DNA of 64,000 bases from Lepidodermella squamata (Eukaryota; Animalia; Gastrotricha): assembly GCA_047495785.1 (NCBI GenBank), contig JBLDXI010000001.1, positions 1,054,001 through 1,118,000 on the forward strand, written 5' to 3'. Shown in pieces: positions 61,917 to 64,000 of this stretch. The first letter of the stretch is position 1, and each line of letters starts with the position of its first letter. Position numbers and translations under genes: made by a program. The notes below the pieces were generated by a model. The model searched no databases, was not told the origin of the DNA, and saw nothing but the letters and a program-made list of their open reading frames with translations.

Positions 61917-62929
61917 ATGAAAACCAGATCAACAACTGATATTTCTGCGTCGAATGTTCTTCAGCCCATCGATTGCAACGCTTTTTCGCCGACTAGTCTT
62001 GTCGCGCCGATTTTCGCGTCTATCGACACTGGCGATGTAAATGATTTCAAAGCAAAATTCAACTGCCACTTCGCCGCATCTGGATGCGAATCGCCATCAG
62101 CCTTGTTTCTCGCCGAGTTGTTCCATTATTCGATCGCTGCTGGTCAGCTGAAAATTGCACAGTTTCTCCTCGACGATTATCTAGTGCCTGTTGACGCTTT
62201 GAATCCAGTCAACGATCGAACGTTACTCCAGGAGGCGTCGGAGGTTGACAACTTGGCCATAGTTCGATTTCTAGTCAGAAACAAGGCCAATCCACACTCG
62301 AAAAGCCTGTCTCCGCTCGATCGTGGCATGACTGCTCCACATCTTGCTGCTTGGAAAGGACATCTACATATTCTTCAATTTTTCTTCAACTTTTACAAAG
62401 GTGATTTTTAAATAAAACTATTTAAAACCCCACCTTAAATAATTTGTGTGTGATTTCAGATAGCGAAGCCGACATCGAGAAATTGGTTTCGATGCAGACA
62501 GATTTTGGCGCCGATGTTTTACTTGTTGCGGCTATTTTCGGTCACAAGTTCGTAGTCAAATACCTGCTGACCGAAACGTCTGTCAATCCGCTATCGAATA
62601 ATTCTACCGGCACGACAGTGGCTCACATTTTCGCTCAGGAACGCTGGACAGGAATGATGCGCTATCTAATTGAAGCCCATGGAAGCCCGGAGCTGCTTCT
62701 AGCTACGAACAACCGAGGCGCCAACCCACTGCATTTCGTTGTGTCGGGCACGGAAAACGGCAGGCTAAAGTACTGCTACGATATTCTCGAATTATTGCTT
62801 AATTACGCCCCGCAGTTGCTGATCATGAAAGACAGAAAAGGCCAGACTCCCATTGACCTGGCTTTCAGAACCGGAATCGCTGATTTGGCTGGATATTTGG
62901 AGCGCAGGAAATTAACTTGCGGCATTTAA
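61917..62929 (+). CDS. Ankyrin-repeat protein; exons 61917-62400 and 62460-62929
   Basis: GMTAPHLAAWKGHLHILQFF, GANPLHF and GQTPIDLA repeats; phase-1 GT-AG intron. Confidence 0.88.
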
Positions 62930-63023
62930 AAAGCGATTAAAATGCTCAAAGACTTGATTTTTTATTTCAATTTTGATTTTGGTTTTCATGGTAATAAAAT
63001 TCGCTTGCTCATCACTGGGTCTT

Positions 63024-64000
63024 TCAAACATTGGTCAGGTTAAAAAAATTCTTCAGCCGAGTACACTTCACCCGCGTTGGATGTAAGCTGATTAGCTTCT
63101 CGTTCATATGATCGTAATGGCGAGCTGAAATATTCGAAGACTCGAATTTTAATGGAAGGAAAAAAAACAAATTGTAAATTTACCTTGACAGAGCCCATAT
63201 TTCGGGTAAGTAGATTTGAGCACAGTTTTCGGGTCGTTAGGTACAAAAACACTCAAGGCCGATTCAAAAACTGATTGTTGGAGCGGGAAAATCGAATCAT
63301 AACCGAACTTCACCTTCAATTTGCAGTTTCAATTAAAACAATTGATCGTCTATTCTTCAACTGACCCTGGGGAAGTCTTCGTAAGCCACCACGTCGTATT
63401 GATAACCGTAAGGCGGTTTTCGCATGACAAAAATGTCAACAAACGGCCATCGCCAGGTGTAATTGCTTTTAATCTGCCTTGAAACGTCGGGCGATGTCGA
63501 AAAACACTTGATTTTAGACCTGCCGACCGGCTGAAACTCGTAAGATCCGAAAGTTTTCACAAAGTAAACGCTGCGAGCAGTTGAATCGCGTAAATTTTGC
63601 GAAATCAACTGCGTGTTGAAACTACGCTGTTTTCTCGTAAAAGCAGGTAAATCTGTATAGACGGCAAGGTCGAGATCGTCATCCCAGGGTATTGCCACGC
63701 CTGCATGTCGATACCAGCCGAGCAACGAGCCGTAAAATAGCGAAAATTCGAATGTTGCTAAATTTAAAGCTTCGACGCAAGCGCGTAATGTTTCGACGTA
63801 AACTTCTCGATCTTTTCCTCGGAGAACAGGAGCAAAAATTTGCTGCAGCATCGACCGGGTATGATTAACGCGGGTTCTTCCATTATCAGGTCGTTTCGCC
63901 TTGACTTTGACCGATATTTCTATAATATGAACTGGTATTGGTCTCGATTTTTCTGAATTTGTGATGAAAATGAAAACTACGCTGCTAAATGCTGAAAATG
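63024..64000 (-). CDS. LicD-family phosphotransferase, copy 23 (5' end beyond the window)
   Basis: GSLLGWYRH; IPWDDDLD; WRWPFVDIF; exon 3 YDHMNE...FNLTNV*. ORF is open to the window edge. Confidence 0.85.

Noticed and set aside
1-64000. CRISPR array, rRNA, autonomous transposase or reverse transcriptase
   Set aside because: No regularly spaced repeat-spacer pattern and no recognisable motifs were seen.

Overview
Eukaryotic (invertebrate animal) DNA from a compact genome with many 45-65 nt spliceosomal introns; the species cannot be named from the sequence. Gene models were assembled by hand from splice sites and reading-frame phase. Left part: an NK4/tinman (Nkx2.5-type) homeobox gene; an intron-containing but bacterial-looking M4 metalloprotease (LasB/vibriolysin type, with a PPC domain); tRNA-Thr(CGT); and a nicotinic acetylcholine receptor alpha subunit with a duplicated, apparently mutually exclusive multi-exon loop-A cassette. 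From 14 kb to the window end lies a head-to-tail array of at least 23 minus-strand LicD/fukutin-family type II membrane phosphotransferase genes. Two of these have degenerate active sites, and the array also holds one N-terminal stub and one apparent empty-site relic. It is interrupted by a NinaA-like membrane-anchored cyclophilin, a stand-alone Dicer-like RNase IIIb+dsRBD gene, two cholinesterase-like carboxylesterases, a 4-TM protein, an ankyrin protein and two inverted-repeat elements. Best candidates for new biology: the LicD array, the intronated M4 protease (horizontal-transfer candidate), the mini-Dicer and the nAChR exon cassette. Family assignments rest on motif recognition from memory, not on database searches.
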